Made by a program: the position numbers and the translations under genes. A stretch of 32,887 bases of DNA from Deltaproteobacteria bacterium (lineage in GTDB: Bacteria; Desulfobacterota; GWC2-55-46), in NCBI GenBank assembly GCA_016218095.1, contig JACREV010000004.1, forward strand, positions 1 to 32,887, given 5' to 3'. Under the pieces are notes generated by a model. That model was not told the origin of the DNA. It did not search any database and worked only from the letters and a program-made list of their open reading frames with translations. Of the stretch, positions 16,518-24,701 are shown one piece after another (positions within the stretch are counted from its first letter, which is position 1; every line of letters starts with the position of its first letter).

Positions 16518-17222
16518 TCATTCCAGCGCCTTTATATACCCGTCTATCTCCTCTTTCTCCGCGTCCGATAGCCCTGTAAAGAACACCGCCATGCCCGGGT
16601 GGGATACGAGCCTCTTGAACGGGTCTTTAGGGTTCGCGATGATGTTCAGGTCCTTGTTTATGGCTATGTTGTAAAGGACCCTCGCGGGCGTCTCAAGCTG
16701 TCCTTTCGAGCCCGGGAGCGAGAACTTGAGCTGACAGAGCGCGTTTACGGGGAGCGGGCTCAAGGTGACGATGAACATCCCGTCCCTGCTTAAGTGCGAC
16801 GCGTTGGTCCTCATGGTCCGCGGCCCGCTTTTAAGCTCCACCGGGATGTTCACGGGGACCCTGGGGTTCCTTTTGAGCATCTTGTTGTAGAACAGGGCCT
16901 TGTTCAAGAGGAAGGAGGCGTCCTCGGCTGAAGACGAGGGCGAGACGACGCCCATGAGCCCGGCCTCCTTCAACGGCTGGAGCTCGTCAAGCGCGTCAAT
17001 GGAGGCAAAAACAAGGAAAGGCTCGGCCTGTTCATGCGCCCCCCTCTCCTTCAATCGCCTCAGGTCCTCCATGTCCGCGACCTCGAAGATGCGCAGATCG
17101 CCTGGATCGGCCTGCCGGTCTCGCGTATCGGTCCTTACCTCGTACCCGCAGTCCTCGACGCGCTTTCTGAAGTCGCCGGTAAAGGCGTCCCCCTTGCCTA
17201 TGAAAACCACGCTGTGTCCCAT
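16518..17222 (-). CDS. PilZ-domain protein with N-terminal receiver-like (probably pseudo-receiver) domain
   Basis: RNPRV (RxxxR) and HLSRDG (xxSxxG) PilZ motifs in the C-terminal half. The N-terminal ~120 aa is CheY-like but has no obvious DD pair. ATG at 17222; an alternative TTG at 17231 overlaps the upstream stop. Confidence 0.75.
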   Translation of the reverse strand: MGHSVVFIGKGDAFTGDFRKRVEDCGYEVRTDTRDRQADPGDLRIFEVADMEDLRRLKERGAHEQAEPFLVFASIDALDELQPLKEAGLMGVVSPSSSAEDASFLLNKALFYNKMLKRNPRVPVNIPVELKSGPRTMRTNASHLSRDGMFIVTLSPLPVNALCQLKFSLPGSKGQLETPARVLYNIAINKDLNIIANPKDPFKRLVSHPGMAVFFTGLSDAEKEEIDGYIKALE

Positions 17223-17227
17223 ATACG

Positions 17228-18469
17228 TCAACCCTTCAATGTGATCTTGTCCATCTTTATCGCCGCCATCGCGGCCCTGTGCTGGCGAGTTGCGAAGTCC
17301 TTTATCTCGCCCCCCCCTCCATTCGCCCTCGAGATGTCGTTCCAGAGGGACTTTTTCGAGAAGAATATCCTGCCGCCGCAGTATATTATCGTTTCAATGG
17401 AAGGCGAGCCCCCGCCCTGGACCTCGGTCTGGACGTGGTAGACGGCGCCCCCGTGGCTCACGTTGTCGTTGAACCCGAATACCTCCTGCTCACGGGCCGC
17501 CTCTTCCGCATCCTCAAGGGGTTCTACCGCGCCTTCGCCTTGCGAGGCCTTAAGCAGGCTCTCTATGATCCAGTCCATGTCCCTGTGAGCGTCGTCCGCC
17601 GACTTGTCGCACATGAACGGCCTCATGCGCCTGGCCGCGGCCTTGACCGACGGCCTCGAATAGAGGACGCCTATGTAGTCCGTATCGAGGCCCAGGAACG
17701 CGGTAGCGGCGGACCTGAACGCGTCGACGACCTTGAGGTCCTCCTTCGTTGCGGCCATGTTGAGAAGGACCCGGGGCCTGAATGACTTTATCTCGGCTAT
17801 CGCGCCCTTTGCCGCCACCCTGTCCGTCGAGGCTATCTTTTCGCAGAGGTCGGAGAAGGTCTTGACCGCTCCGCCGCTCCGCGCGTCGGTCGCGTCCCTG
17901 ACCATCCGCGCGATCTCTTCGTTTTCCGCAAAGAGCCGCTGGAGCCTCCTGTAGACGAAGCTTTTGAGGAATATGTAGGCGTTCTGGATAGCCGCGGGCT
18001 CTGGGACGAGGACGACTATGCCTTCGTTCGAGACCGCGAAGAAGTCGAGTATGTTGTAGGTGGAGCCGGCCCCGAGGTCTACGAGGATAAAGTCCGCCTC
18101 TAACTGTTTTATGTGGGAGAGGAGCCTCTGTTTCTGCGCAAAGGCCGGGTTGGCTATCCCCAGGAACTCGCCCCCGCCGGTTATGAGGCGCAGGCCCCTG
18201 ACCTCGGTCTCGATCGCGGTCTCCTCAAGGGTAGACGCCCTGCCCTTCAGAAAATCATCGAGCCCCTTTGACGGGTGCTTTATGCCGAAGTAGGTGTGGA
18301 GGTTCGCTCCGCCCAAGTCCGCGTCGACAAGGACGACCTTTTTGCCCCTCTGAGCCAGCGCGCAACCTATGTTGGCGGTGGCGATGCTTTTCCCGACGCC
18401 GCCCTTTCCCCCGCCGACGGACCATATTGATTTTTTTTCCGGCATTGCCGTATCTAGTACCCTTTTCAC
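17228..18469 (-). CDS. MinD/ParA-family P-loop ATPase with an uncharacterised ~120-aa C-terminal extension
   Basis: Deviant Walker A GGGKGGVGKS, plus VVLVDADLGGANLH and ILVDLGAG. GTG start at 18469 or ATG at 18445 (MPEKKSIW). Confidence 0.8.
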   Translation of the reverse strand: MKRVLDTAMPEKKSIWSVGGGKGGVGKSIATANIGCALAQRGKKVVLVDADLGGANLHTYFGIKHPSKGLDDFLKGRASTLEETAIETEVRGLRLITGGGEFLGIANPAFAQKQRLLSHIKQLEADFILVDLGAGSTYNILDFFAVSNEGIVVLVPEPAAIQNAYIFLKSFVYRRLQRLFAENEEIARMVRDATDARSGGAVKTFSDLCEKIASTDRVAAKGAIAEIKSFRPRVLLNMAATKEDLKVVDAFRSAATAFLGLDTDYIGVLYSRPSVKAAARRMRPFMCDKSADDAHRDMDWIIESLLKASQGEGAVEPLEDAEEAAREQEVFGFNDNVSHGGAVYHVQTEVQGGGSPSIETIIYCGGRIFFSKKSLWNDISRANGGGGEIKDFATRQHRAAMAAIKMDKITLKG

Positions 18470-18611
18470 CTGAAATTGTCAACATTATTCAGGAGATAAA
18501 TTGTTTAAAACCCTTGACAAACGCCCGCACTGATAGTACAAATTATTAATAGGTAGTAAAGTATAAAAAATATAACTCCCTGGCCTCAAGGCCCCTCCAC
18601 GGTGCGCACCT

Positions 18612-19235
18612 GTGCGGAAGCCCCTGAAAGATAAAGCCTGTCTCCTCTTTTTCGCGTTCTTCTCTGCGGTAACGCTCGCAGGTTGCGGCGGCATGGCCGA
18701 GGACCTCGACACCCTCATAAACGCGGACGTCACGAAAAAGGTCGACGAGAAAGCGAACCTCGACGACTACTACGAGAAGTTCTACAAAGAGGTCGCACGA
18801 AGGTCGCACATCAAGCCCGGCACCTCCGATATAAAGGCCCTCGACTCGCTCCCCAAGGACCCATCGGGCAACGTCAACTGGACCGCGGCAGTGGTAAACG
18901 GCTATATAAACCCCAGGGGCTCTCTCGACCCGGGCGTCCCGGAGGACCAGCCGCTTAACTTGAACATTTTCATAGAGGCCAAGGTCCCTCTCATGGCGAA
19001 TGTCCTCTTCCCGCACTCGATACACACCTACTGGCTGAGTTGCAACAACTGCCACCCGAAGATATTCATACCCGAGGCGGGCGCGAACCCGATCTCCATG
19101 GACGAAATATTCAAGGGCCAGTGGTGCGGCAGGTGCCACGGCAAGGTCGCCTTCACCTTCTGGCCGAGGGAGAACTGCGTCAGGTGCCACATTGTATTGA
19201 AGGGGCAGTCCCTCGAGAGGGAGACCTTCAAGTAG
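18612..19235 (+). CDS. Lipoprotein with C-terminal triheme cytochrome c7-type domain
   Basis: Lipobox TLAGC. Three CXXCH motifs (CNNCH, CGRCH, CVRCH) within ~60 aa, preceded by FPHSIH as in c7/c3-type modules. GTG start. Confidence 0.75.
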   Translation: MRKPLKDKACLLFFAFFSAVTLAGCGGMAEDLDTLINADVTKKVDEKANLDDYYEKFYKEVARRSHIKPGTSDIKALDSLPKDPSGNVNWTAAVVNGYINPRGSLDPGVPEDQPLNLNIFIEAKVPLMANVLFPHSIHTYWLSCNNCHPKIFIPEAGANPISMDEIFKGQWCGRCHGKVAFTFWPRENCVRCHIVLKGQSLERETFK

Positions 19236-19434
19236 GGGCATTCCTGGCCGGTGCCCTTCGGAAACTATTGAGCAAGGATCAGGCAAAATCATCTTGATAT
19301 GAACTTTGCCGGTCCGGCAAGGACTCCTTGACTTTGACGGATTCAGCATAGTATCATTTTAAGGTTGGTAAGGCCCGGGAAGATTCCGGAAGACGCATAA
19401 ACAATAATACTACACAACAAGGAACGAGTCCGAC

Positions 19435-20472
19435 ATGAAGAAGATATTCAAGGTTCTCGTCACAATCGCCCTTCCCATTCTGATATACGGTTGCGCCGCG
19501 CCGCCGTTGCCGGACCTCTTATGGCCCGAACCCCCGGACGAGCCCCGGATAAAATATATACGGGACTTTCGCGGCGGAGCTGACTTCAAAAAAGGCTCGG
19601 CGGCGGTCGAAATTCTCCTCGGCGGCGAGGGCGGCGGCTCCCTTAAAAAGCCGATGGGCGTCCATACCGACATAAAGGGCAAGATTTATGTGACCGACAC
19701 CGCGAACGCCGACGTCTACATCTTCGACACCGTAAACATGACCGGCACGAGCCTCGCGGCGATGGGCGCCAAGCTCTTCTACAAGCCCATAGGCGTCGCC
19801 ACGGACGTAAACGGCAGGATATACGTCTCCGACTCCCAGACCGACACTGTGACGGTCGTCGACCAGACCGGCAAGATCGTCGGGAGCCTCGCCCCGGACC
19901 AGCCCTTCAAACAGCCGAGCGGCATCGCCTCGGATTTCGAGCGCAAGCGGATATATGTAGCCGACACGCACACGCACAACATCAAGGTATTCGATACCGA
20001 GACATTGAAGCACATAAACACTATCGGCAAGAGGGGCAAGGAGGAGGGCGAGTTCAACTTCCCGTCCTTTCTCACCGTCGACCCTAATGGCAACCTCTAC
20101 GTAGTCGACACCATGAACGGCAGGGTCCAGATATTCGATTCAGAGGGCAAGTTCATACGGGCCTTCGGCCAGTTCGGGGACGCGCCCGGGATGTTCGCTA
20201 GACCCAAGGGCATAGGCGTTGACAGCGAGGGGCATATATACGTCGTGGACGCGGCCTTCAATAACATCCAGATCTTCAACGAAGAGGGGCAGATACTCCT
20301 CGCGTTCGCCTCCTACGGGAGCGACAGGGGGCAGATGATCCTGCCCGCCGGCCTCTCGGTCGATAAGGACGACTATATATATGTAGTAGACTCCTGGAAC
20401 AGGCGGGTAGAGAAGTTCGAATACCTCGGGGACAAGGCGAAGGCGAGGACGAGCGTGAGCCCCAAGAAGTAA
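19435..20472 (+). CDS. Six-bladed NHL-repeat beta-propeller lipoprotein
   Basis: Lipobox LIYGC. Six repeats of the form P.G(I/V)..D..G.IYV.D..N..(I/V).(I/V)F(D/N). Confidence 0.85.
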   Translation: MKKIFKVLVTIALPILIYGCAAPPLPDLLWPEPPDEPRIKYIRDFRGGADFKKGSAAVEILLGGEGGGSLKKPMGVHTDIKGKIYVTDTANADVYIFDTVNMTGTSLAAMGAKLFYKPIGVATDVNGRIYVSDSQTDTVTVVDQTGKIVGSLAPDQPFKQPSGIASDFERKRIYVADTHTHNIKVFDTETLKHINTIGKRGKEEGEFNFPSFLTVDPNGNLYVVDTMNGRVQIFDSEGKFIRAFGQFGDAPGMFARPKGIGVDSEGHIYVVDAAFNNIQIFNEEGQILLAFASYGSDRGQMILPAGLSVDKDDYIYVVDSWNRRVEKFEYLGDKAKARTSVSPKK

Positions 20473-20486
20473 GAGACCATTCCAGG

Positions 20487-20517
20487 GCCCGGCAGGCGCG
20501 AGCCTGCCGGGCTTTTT
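20487..20517 (+). terminator. Rho-independent terminator after the NHL gene
   Basis: 10-bp stem GCCCGGCAGG / CCTGCCGGGC, 6-nt loop, then TTTTT. Confidence 0.8.
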
Positions 20518-20526
20518 ATTTAGATT

Positions 20527-20735
20527 TTGCGGGTTCAGGCTTGTAACCTGAACCCATTAATTCGTAACCCGAACAGAGCCTGTACTGGCTATCCGAATTT
20601 TTCGCCAAAAGCCCTTTTGCGCGCTCCGCGCGCTTTTGGCGATGGCGCCGAGCGCAAGCGTCTAATCCACCCCGGCGCGCTCGCCTCTCCCGCCCTTAGG
20701 CGCTCTCCGCCATGCGCCTGTGTATTTGTAAAGAC
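20527..20735 (+). repeat. Interspersed element, copy 4 (internal ~65-nt deletion relative to copy 3)
   Basis: Same head hairpin, core TTTTGCGCGCTCCGCGCGCTTTTGGCGATGGCGCCGAGCGC and tail CTTAGGCGCTCTCCGCCATGCGCCTGTGTATTTGTAAA. Confidence 0.8.
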
Positions 20736-20781
20736 AGAACAAATCCTCTTTTTGTTTTTCAAAAACTCGCTCTTTTAACTT

Positions 20782-20862
20782 CCCCTCCCTTGATGGGAGG
20801 GGACTGACGGGAGGGTGAAAAAAATACCCCTCACCCCGGCCCTCTCCCACAAGGGGAGAGGG
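20782..20862. repeat. CCCCTCCC-type hairpin repeats
   Basis: CCCCTCCC/GGGAGGGG (20782-20802) and CCCTCTCCC/GGGAGAGGG (20840-20862). Confidence 0.6.
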
Positions 20863-20884
20863 AGAACTTCTGGCGGGTTTCTCT

Positions 20885-20911
20885 GGCGGGTTCAAGTTTG
20901 AAACCTGAACC
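20885..20911 (+). repeat. Solo head hairpin of the interspersed element
   Basis: GGCGGGTTCAAGTTTGAAACCTGAACC is a variant of the GGGTTCAGG..CCTGAACCC head, with no core or tail after it. Confidence 0.55.
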
Positions 20912-21122
20912 TGCAAAGGACATAATATGAGCGATGATGCCCGGCATACGATCTGGATTTCATTAATAAAGGCCCCGCTCCTTGTGCGCGAAAGGGCCCT
21001 TAAAGGGCTGGCCCGAAAGGTAACCGGGGGCATAAAAAGAGATATTTTTAGCAATAAAAACAATAAGTTATCATGCATTAGCCCTTCCATAAAAAATTAT
21101 TAAAAACCTGTTAATTTTCCTC

Positions 21123-21150
21123 TTGACAGCCGTTAATATAAGAGTATAAT
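21123..21150 (+). promoter_or_regulatory. Strong sigma70-type promoter for the first tetraheme cytochrome gene
   Basis: TTGACA (21123-21128), 16-nt spacer, TATAAT (21145-21150). An A/T-rich UP-like tract lies immediately upstream. Confidence 0.65.
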
Positions 21151-21213
21151 GGTTTTAACTTAATGAAGGCTGACAAGGTTCACGGCGGGCCTTGACAGAC
21201 CTCCAGGCGATGG

Positions 21214-21264
21214 ATGCCTTGGTACTACCGATGAGTGGTGGTGGTAACTGAAGGCATTTTTTTT
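21214..21264 (+). promoter_or_regulatory. Terminator-like hairpin plus T8 inside the 5' leader (attenuator or riboswitch expression-platform candidate)
   Basis: ATGCCTT (21214-21220) pairs with AAGGCAT (21251-21257), with an inner TACC/GGTA helix. T8 run at 21257-21264. An alternative perfect 12-bp hairpin GGCATTTTTTTT/AAAAAAAATGCC lies at 21253-21280. Confidence 0.5.
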
Positions 21265-21341
21265 ACCCAAAAAAAATGCCAGGGACGGAACGGAACTAAG
21301 GTATCTAAAAACCAACTTCTAAGGACTGAAAGGAGTCACAT

Positions 21342-22232
21342 ATGAAAAGGTTTCTCGCAGTCGCAGTAGCGGTCGCCTCGATAGGCTTCCTCACCGCCGG
21401 AACAGCTTCAGCCGTTGACACCTACGCCGCTGGCGATGCCGCATCAGGCATAGCCTCGGCGAGGCATAACCTCGGCGGTTTCTCGATGCACATAGGCGCC
21501 GTGGGCACAACCGAAATCTGCGTATTCTGTCACACGCCTCACCACACCAACACCGCCAACAACCTTAGGCCGATGTGGAACAGGGGCACCTCTGCTCCGA
21601 CCTCCTTCACCGCCTACGGCACGACGATCGCGGGCACCACGATCGCCAACACCGACATCGGCTCGACCTCGCTTGCTTGCTTGAGCTGCCATGACGGCGT
21701 AACCACCTTCGACAACCTCGTCAACGCCCCTGGTAAGTCCGGCATAACCACTGGCGGTACGGACCGTGGCTACACCTTCTATGACTTCGGCACAGTCGTC
21801 TCCGACTTCATGACCTCCAGCAGGTTGAACATCGGCCTCAACCTCTCCAACGACCACCCGGTCTCCGTGACCTACAACGCCGGGACGGCCGCGGGCTTGA
21901 GGGCCACCAACACGACCATCAGCGCGATCGACCTTACCTCTGAGCTCAACACCTCTGCCACGACCTACGACAACGGCAACCTCACCAAGAACCTCTGGGC
22001 GGTAAAGGGCTTCGTCTCCGACACGGCGACGATCGCTGACCTCCTCAGGTCCGGCAAGGTTGAGTGCTCCAGCTGCCACGATCCGCACTTCAACAACAAG
22101 TCTTGGCAGGAAATCGACTCCACCTACTCGAACGTGACCGCGGACCAGGAAGCTGAGTCCAACGGCCTGTTCATCAGAAGGGTCGGCGGCAACACCGGTT
22201 CTGGCGTATGCAGAACCTGCCACGAGAAGTAA
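21342..22232 (+). CDS. Secreted tetraheme c-type cytochrome, paralog 1
   Basis: Signal peptide (..TAGTASA/VD). Four CXXCH motifs: CVFCH, CLSCH, CSSCH, CRTCH. RHNLGG...EICVFCHTPHH resembles the doubled-CXXCH family. AAAGGAG Shine-Dalgarno. Confidence 0.88.
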   Translation: MKRFLAVAVAVASIGFLTAGTASAVDTYAAGDAASGIASARHNLGGFSMHIGAVGTTEICVFCHTPHHTNTANNLRPMWNRGTSAPTSFTAYGTTIAGTTIANTDIGSTSLACLSCHDGVTTFDNLVNAPGKSGITTGGTDRGYTFYDFGTVVSDFMTSSRLNIGLNLSNDHPVSVTYNAGTAAGLRATNTTISAIDLTSELNTSATTYDNGNLTKNLWAVKGFVSDTATIADLLRSGKVECSSCHDPHFNNKSWQEIDSTYSNVTADQEAESNGLFIRRVGGNTGSGVCRTCHEK

Positions 22233-22268
22233 AAACCGCTCGGTCGCAAGACCGAATCGGATAAAAAA

Positions 22269-22301
22269 GAAGGGCCGGGAAACCGGCCCTTCTTTTTTTT
22301 T
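22269..22301 (+). terminator. Strong Rho-independent terminator after paralog 1
   Basis: GAAGGGCCGG-GAAA-CCGGCCCTTC followed by T9. The A-run upstream makes it potentially bidirectional. Confidence 0.85.
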
Positions 22302-22344
22302 GCCTCCATACCCTCCCCCCTCTCCTGAAGGCGCAATCGCCTCC

Positions 22345-22372
22345 TCGACAACCGCATTTCCTGATGTATACT
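22345..22372 (+). promoter_or_regulatory. Sigma70-type promoter candidate for paralog 2
   Basis: TCGACA (22345-22350), 16-nt spacer, TATACT (22367-22372). Confidence 0.45.
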
Positions 22373-22471
22373 CATCTATGTTGGGATAGAAGCCTCAAAA
22401 CCGGGAAAAGGAGGTAAAAAAAGCCGATCCGACCGATAGGCTGACGGTATTCAACCTGAGAGGAGCAACTC

Positions 22472-23362
22472 ATGAGATATTTGAGAGCTGTTACCCTTTT
22501 GGCCGTCTCAGTCTGCATCCTTTCCGCAGCCGCCGCGGAGGCCCTTGACACCTACCTGGCCGGAGACGCCGCGACCGGCATAGCCGGTTCCAGGCACAAC
22601 CTCGGCGGCCTCTCCATGCACATAAGCTCGCAGGCGACCACCGAGATCTGCGTATTCTGCCACACGCCCCACCACACGAACACTACGAACAACATGAAGC
22701 CTATGTGGAACAGGTCCGCGCTCTCCATCACGAGCTTCACCGCCTACGGCACGACCGCCTCTTTCTCGACCATTTCCAACACCGACATAGGCTCCGTCTC
22801 GCTCGCGTGCCTCTCCTGCCACGACGGCGTCACCACCTTCGACAACATCGTGAACGCGCCCGGCAGGGGCGGGGTCACCCAGGGGGGGTCCGACCGAGGT
22901 TACGAGTTCCTCTTAACGGGGATCCTCGTCTCCGACTTCATGACCGCGTCCCGGCTCGTCGTAGGCGTAGACCTCTCGAACGACCACCCGGTCTCCGTCC
23001 TCTATCTCGCGGGCACTGCCGCGAGCCTCCGCCCGACGAACACGACCATCAGCCAGATAGACATCACGGCCGGCCTGAACGTGACCGCGATTTCATTCGA
23101 CAACGGCAATATGAGAAAGAACCTCTGGGCCATAAAGGGGTTCATCTCCGACCAGGCAACTATCGCGGACCTGCTCCGGAACGGCAGGGTCGAGTGCTCC
23201 TCGTGCCACGACCCGCACTTCAACAACAAGTCATGGCAGGAGGTCGACTCGACCTACACTACCGTCGCCGCATATCAGGAGGTGGAATCGAACGGCCTTT
23301 TCCTCCGCAGAGTAGGCGGCAACACGGGTAGCGGGCTTTGCAGGACGTGCCATAACAAATAG
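22472..23362 (+). CDS. Secreted tetraheme c-type cytochrome, paralog 2
   Basis: Same length (296 aa) as paralog 1 and collinear with it. Roughly two-thirds or more of residues are identical by eye. Same four CXXCH positions. GAGGAG Shine-Dalgarno. Confidence 0.88.
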   Translation: MRYLRAVTLLAVSVCILSAAAAEALDTYLAGDAATGIAGSRHNLGGLSMHISSQATTEICVFCHTPHHTNTTNNMKPMWNRSALSITSFTAYGTTASFSTISNTDIGSVSLACLSCHDGVTTFDNIVNAPGRGGVTQGGSDRGYEFLLTGILVSDFMTASRLVVGVDLSNDHPVSVLYLAGTAASLRPTNTTISQIDITAGLNVTAISFDNGNMRKNLWAIKGFISDQATIADLLRNGRVECSSCHDPHFNNKSWQEVDSTYTTVAAYQEVESNGLFLRRVGGNTGSGLCRTCHNK

Positions 23363-23418
23363 GCGGTAATGGAAAGTGGCGCGCCAAACCAAAAAATCGG
23401 CATTTGAGATCTCAGTCC

Positions 23419-23447
23419 AGGGGGCCGGTCCGGCCCCCTTTTTTTTT
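23419..23447 (+). terminator. Strong Rho-independent terminator after paralog 2
   Basis: AGGGGGCCGG/CCGGCCCCCT palindrome followed by T9. Confidence 0.85.
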
Positions 23448-23655
23448 GCCTTCCCCCTTTGCCGCCCCTTTCAAGCCAAAGCGGCTTTCCCCGTAAGTTA
23501 AAATTTTTTAATAATCGCATAATCGTCATTTTAAGCTGAAAATATAGAATGTACCCCGGGGGACGCTTAACCTCCCCTGAAGATAAGATTTTAGATTTAT
23601 TATTTATTTCCGTTATATTATAATAGCCAATCAATAAACCCCGGAGGTCCAAAAA

Positions 23656-24651
23656 ATGTCAAGCTTCTCAAAAAGGCTCTTCGCCGCGGCCGTCTTTGTC
23701 GCGCTCCTCGCCCCGGCGTCGTTCGCGGCCAATTCGCCGACGGACGTGATCGCAAAGGTCAACGGAAAGACCATAACGAGGGAGAACCTGGATACCGCCA
23801 CGAACAACCTCCTGCCCCTCATGACATATCACCAGTCGGTCTCCGACGAACGGATGAGGGAGATACAAAAGCAGGCGCTCGAGAAGCTCATAAACAACGA
23901 GCTCATGTACAAGGCCGCCGTCGACTCCAAGCAGGCCGACGTAAATCCGAAGGAAATAGAGGCGAGGGTAAAGGACCTCAAGAAGAAGCTCCCGAAGGGC
24001 GAGACGATCGAGAAGGTCTTGAAGAGAAGCGGGATGACGCTCGCCGACCTCAAGGAGGACTTCAGGAAGGACATGGTCGTCGAGAGGCTGTCAAAGAAAA
24101 CGAACGAAGAGCTCAAGAAACTCTCGGAGAAGACCGTCGACGAGGCGTTCATGAAGGACTACTACCAGAAGAACCTCGCGAAGTTCAAGGAGCCGGAGCA
24201 GATACACTTAAGGTCCATACTCGTCAAGGCCGACCCCTCCGGCGGCCAGAAGGTCTGGAACGAGTCGCTCAAAAAGGCCAAGGAGATAGCCGATAAGGCG
24301 AAGGCCGGAGAGGACTTCGCGAAGCTCGCCGAGAAGCACTCGGAGGACCCGTTCGCTAAAAAGGGCGGCGACATGGGCTGGTCCCACAAGGGCGAGCTCA
24401 TACCTGAGATCGACGACGCCGCCGCGAAGCTCAAGGTCGGCGAGATCGGCGGCCCGGTCATGTCCATCTACGGCTACCACGTTATAAGGCTCGAGGGCAG
24501 CAAGCCCTCAGTGCAGAAGAAGTTCGAGGAGCTCAACAAGGAGAAGCTCGAGAAGGAGCTCGAGGCCAAGGAGTACAAGAAGCTCTGGAACGGATGGCTC
24601 AAAAGCCTGCGCGACTCATCCAAGGTCGAGTACGTCACAATACTAAAATGA
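23656..24651 (+). CDS. Periplasmic PpiC (parvulin)-type peptidyl-prolyl isomerase, SurA/PrsA-like
   Basis: Signal peptide. SurA-N-like helical region. Rotamase core FAKLAEKHSEDP.AKKGGDMGW........PE.....KLKVGEI.GPV.S.YGYH(V/I)I. Confidence 0.85.
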   Translation: MSSFSKRLFAAAVFVALLAPASFAANSPTDVIAKVNGKTITRENLDTATNNLLPLMTYHQSVSDERMREIQKQALEKLINNELMYKAAVDSKQADVNPKEIEARVKDLKKKLPKGETIEKVLKRSGMTLADLKEDFRKDMVVERLSKKTNEELKKLSEKTVDEAFMKDYYQKNLAKFKEPEQIHLRSILVKADPSGGQKVWNESLKKAKEIADKAKAGEDFAKLAEKHSEDPFAKKGGDMGWSHKGELIPEIDDAAAKLKVGEIGGPVMSIYGYHVIRLEGSKPSVQKKFEELNKEKLEKELEAKEYKKLWNGWLKSLRDSSKVEYVTILK

Positions 24652-24701
24652 CGGCTACGGATCAGGGCCGTCCCGCATAAGGACGCAAGGATACCCTTTT
24701 C

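Noticed and set aside
18546-19349. 267-aa minus-strand ORF over the c7-type cytochrome gene
   Set aside because: It is an antisense shadow. The + strand ORF has a lipobox and three CXXCH motifs, whereas the minus ORF has no recognisable features and runs across the promoter region.
19236-19434. Promoter or terminator between the c7-type and NHL genes (TTGACTTTGACGG...TAGTAT; palindrome TTGCCGGTCCGGCAA)
   Set aside because: The hexamer spacings (15 or 12 nt) are poor and the palindrome lacks a U-tract. I cannot decide whether the two genes are co-transcribed.
21157-21341. Calling the cytochrome leader a GEMM-I (c-di-GMP/cGAMP) riboswitch
   Set aside because: The context is suggestive. However, I could not find the conserved GGCAAA...GAAA tetraloop...GACGCAAAGCC core by eye; there is only a loose resemblance at GACAGACCTCCAGG. 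It is kept as a generic attenuator candidate pending a covariance-model scan.
21444-22223. 259-aa minus-strand ORF, and the 208-aa +2-frame ORF at 22705-23331, overlapping the tetraheme genes
   Set aside because: Both are Arg/Gly/Val/Pro-rich shadow frames. The heme-motif frames carry signal peptides and Shine-Dalgarno sequences.
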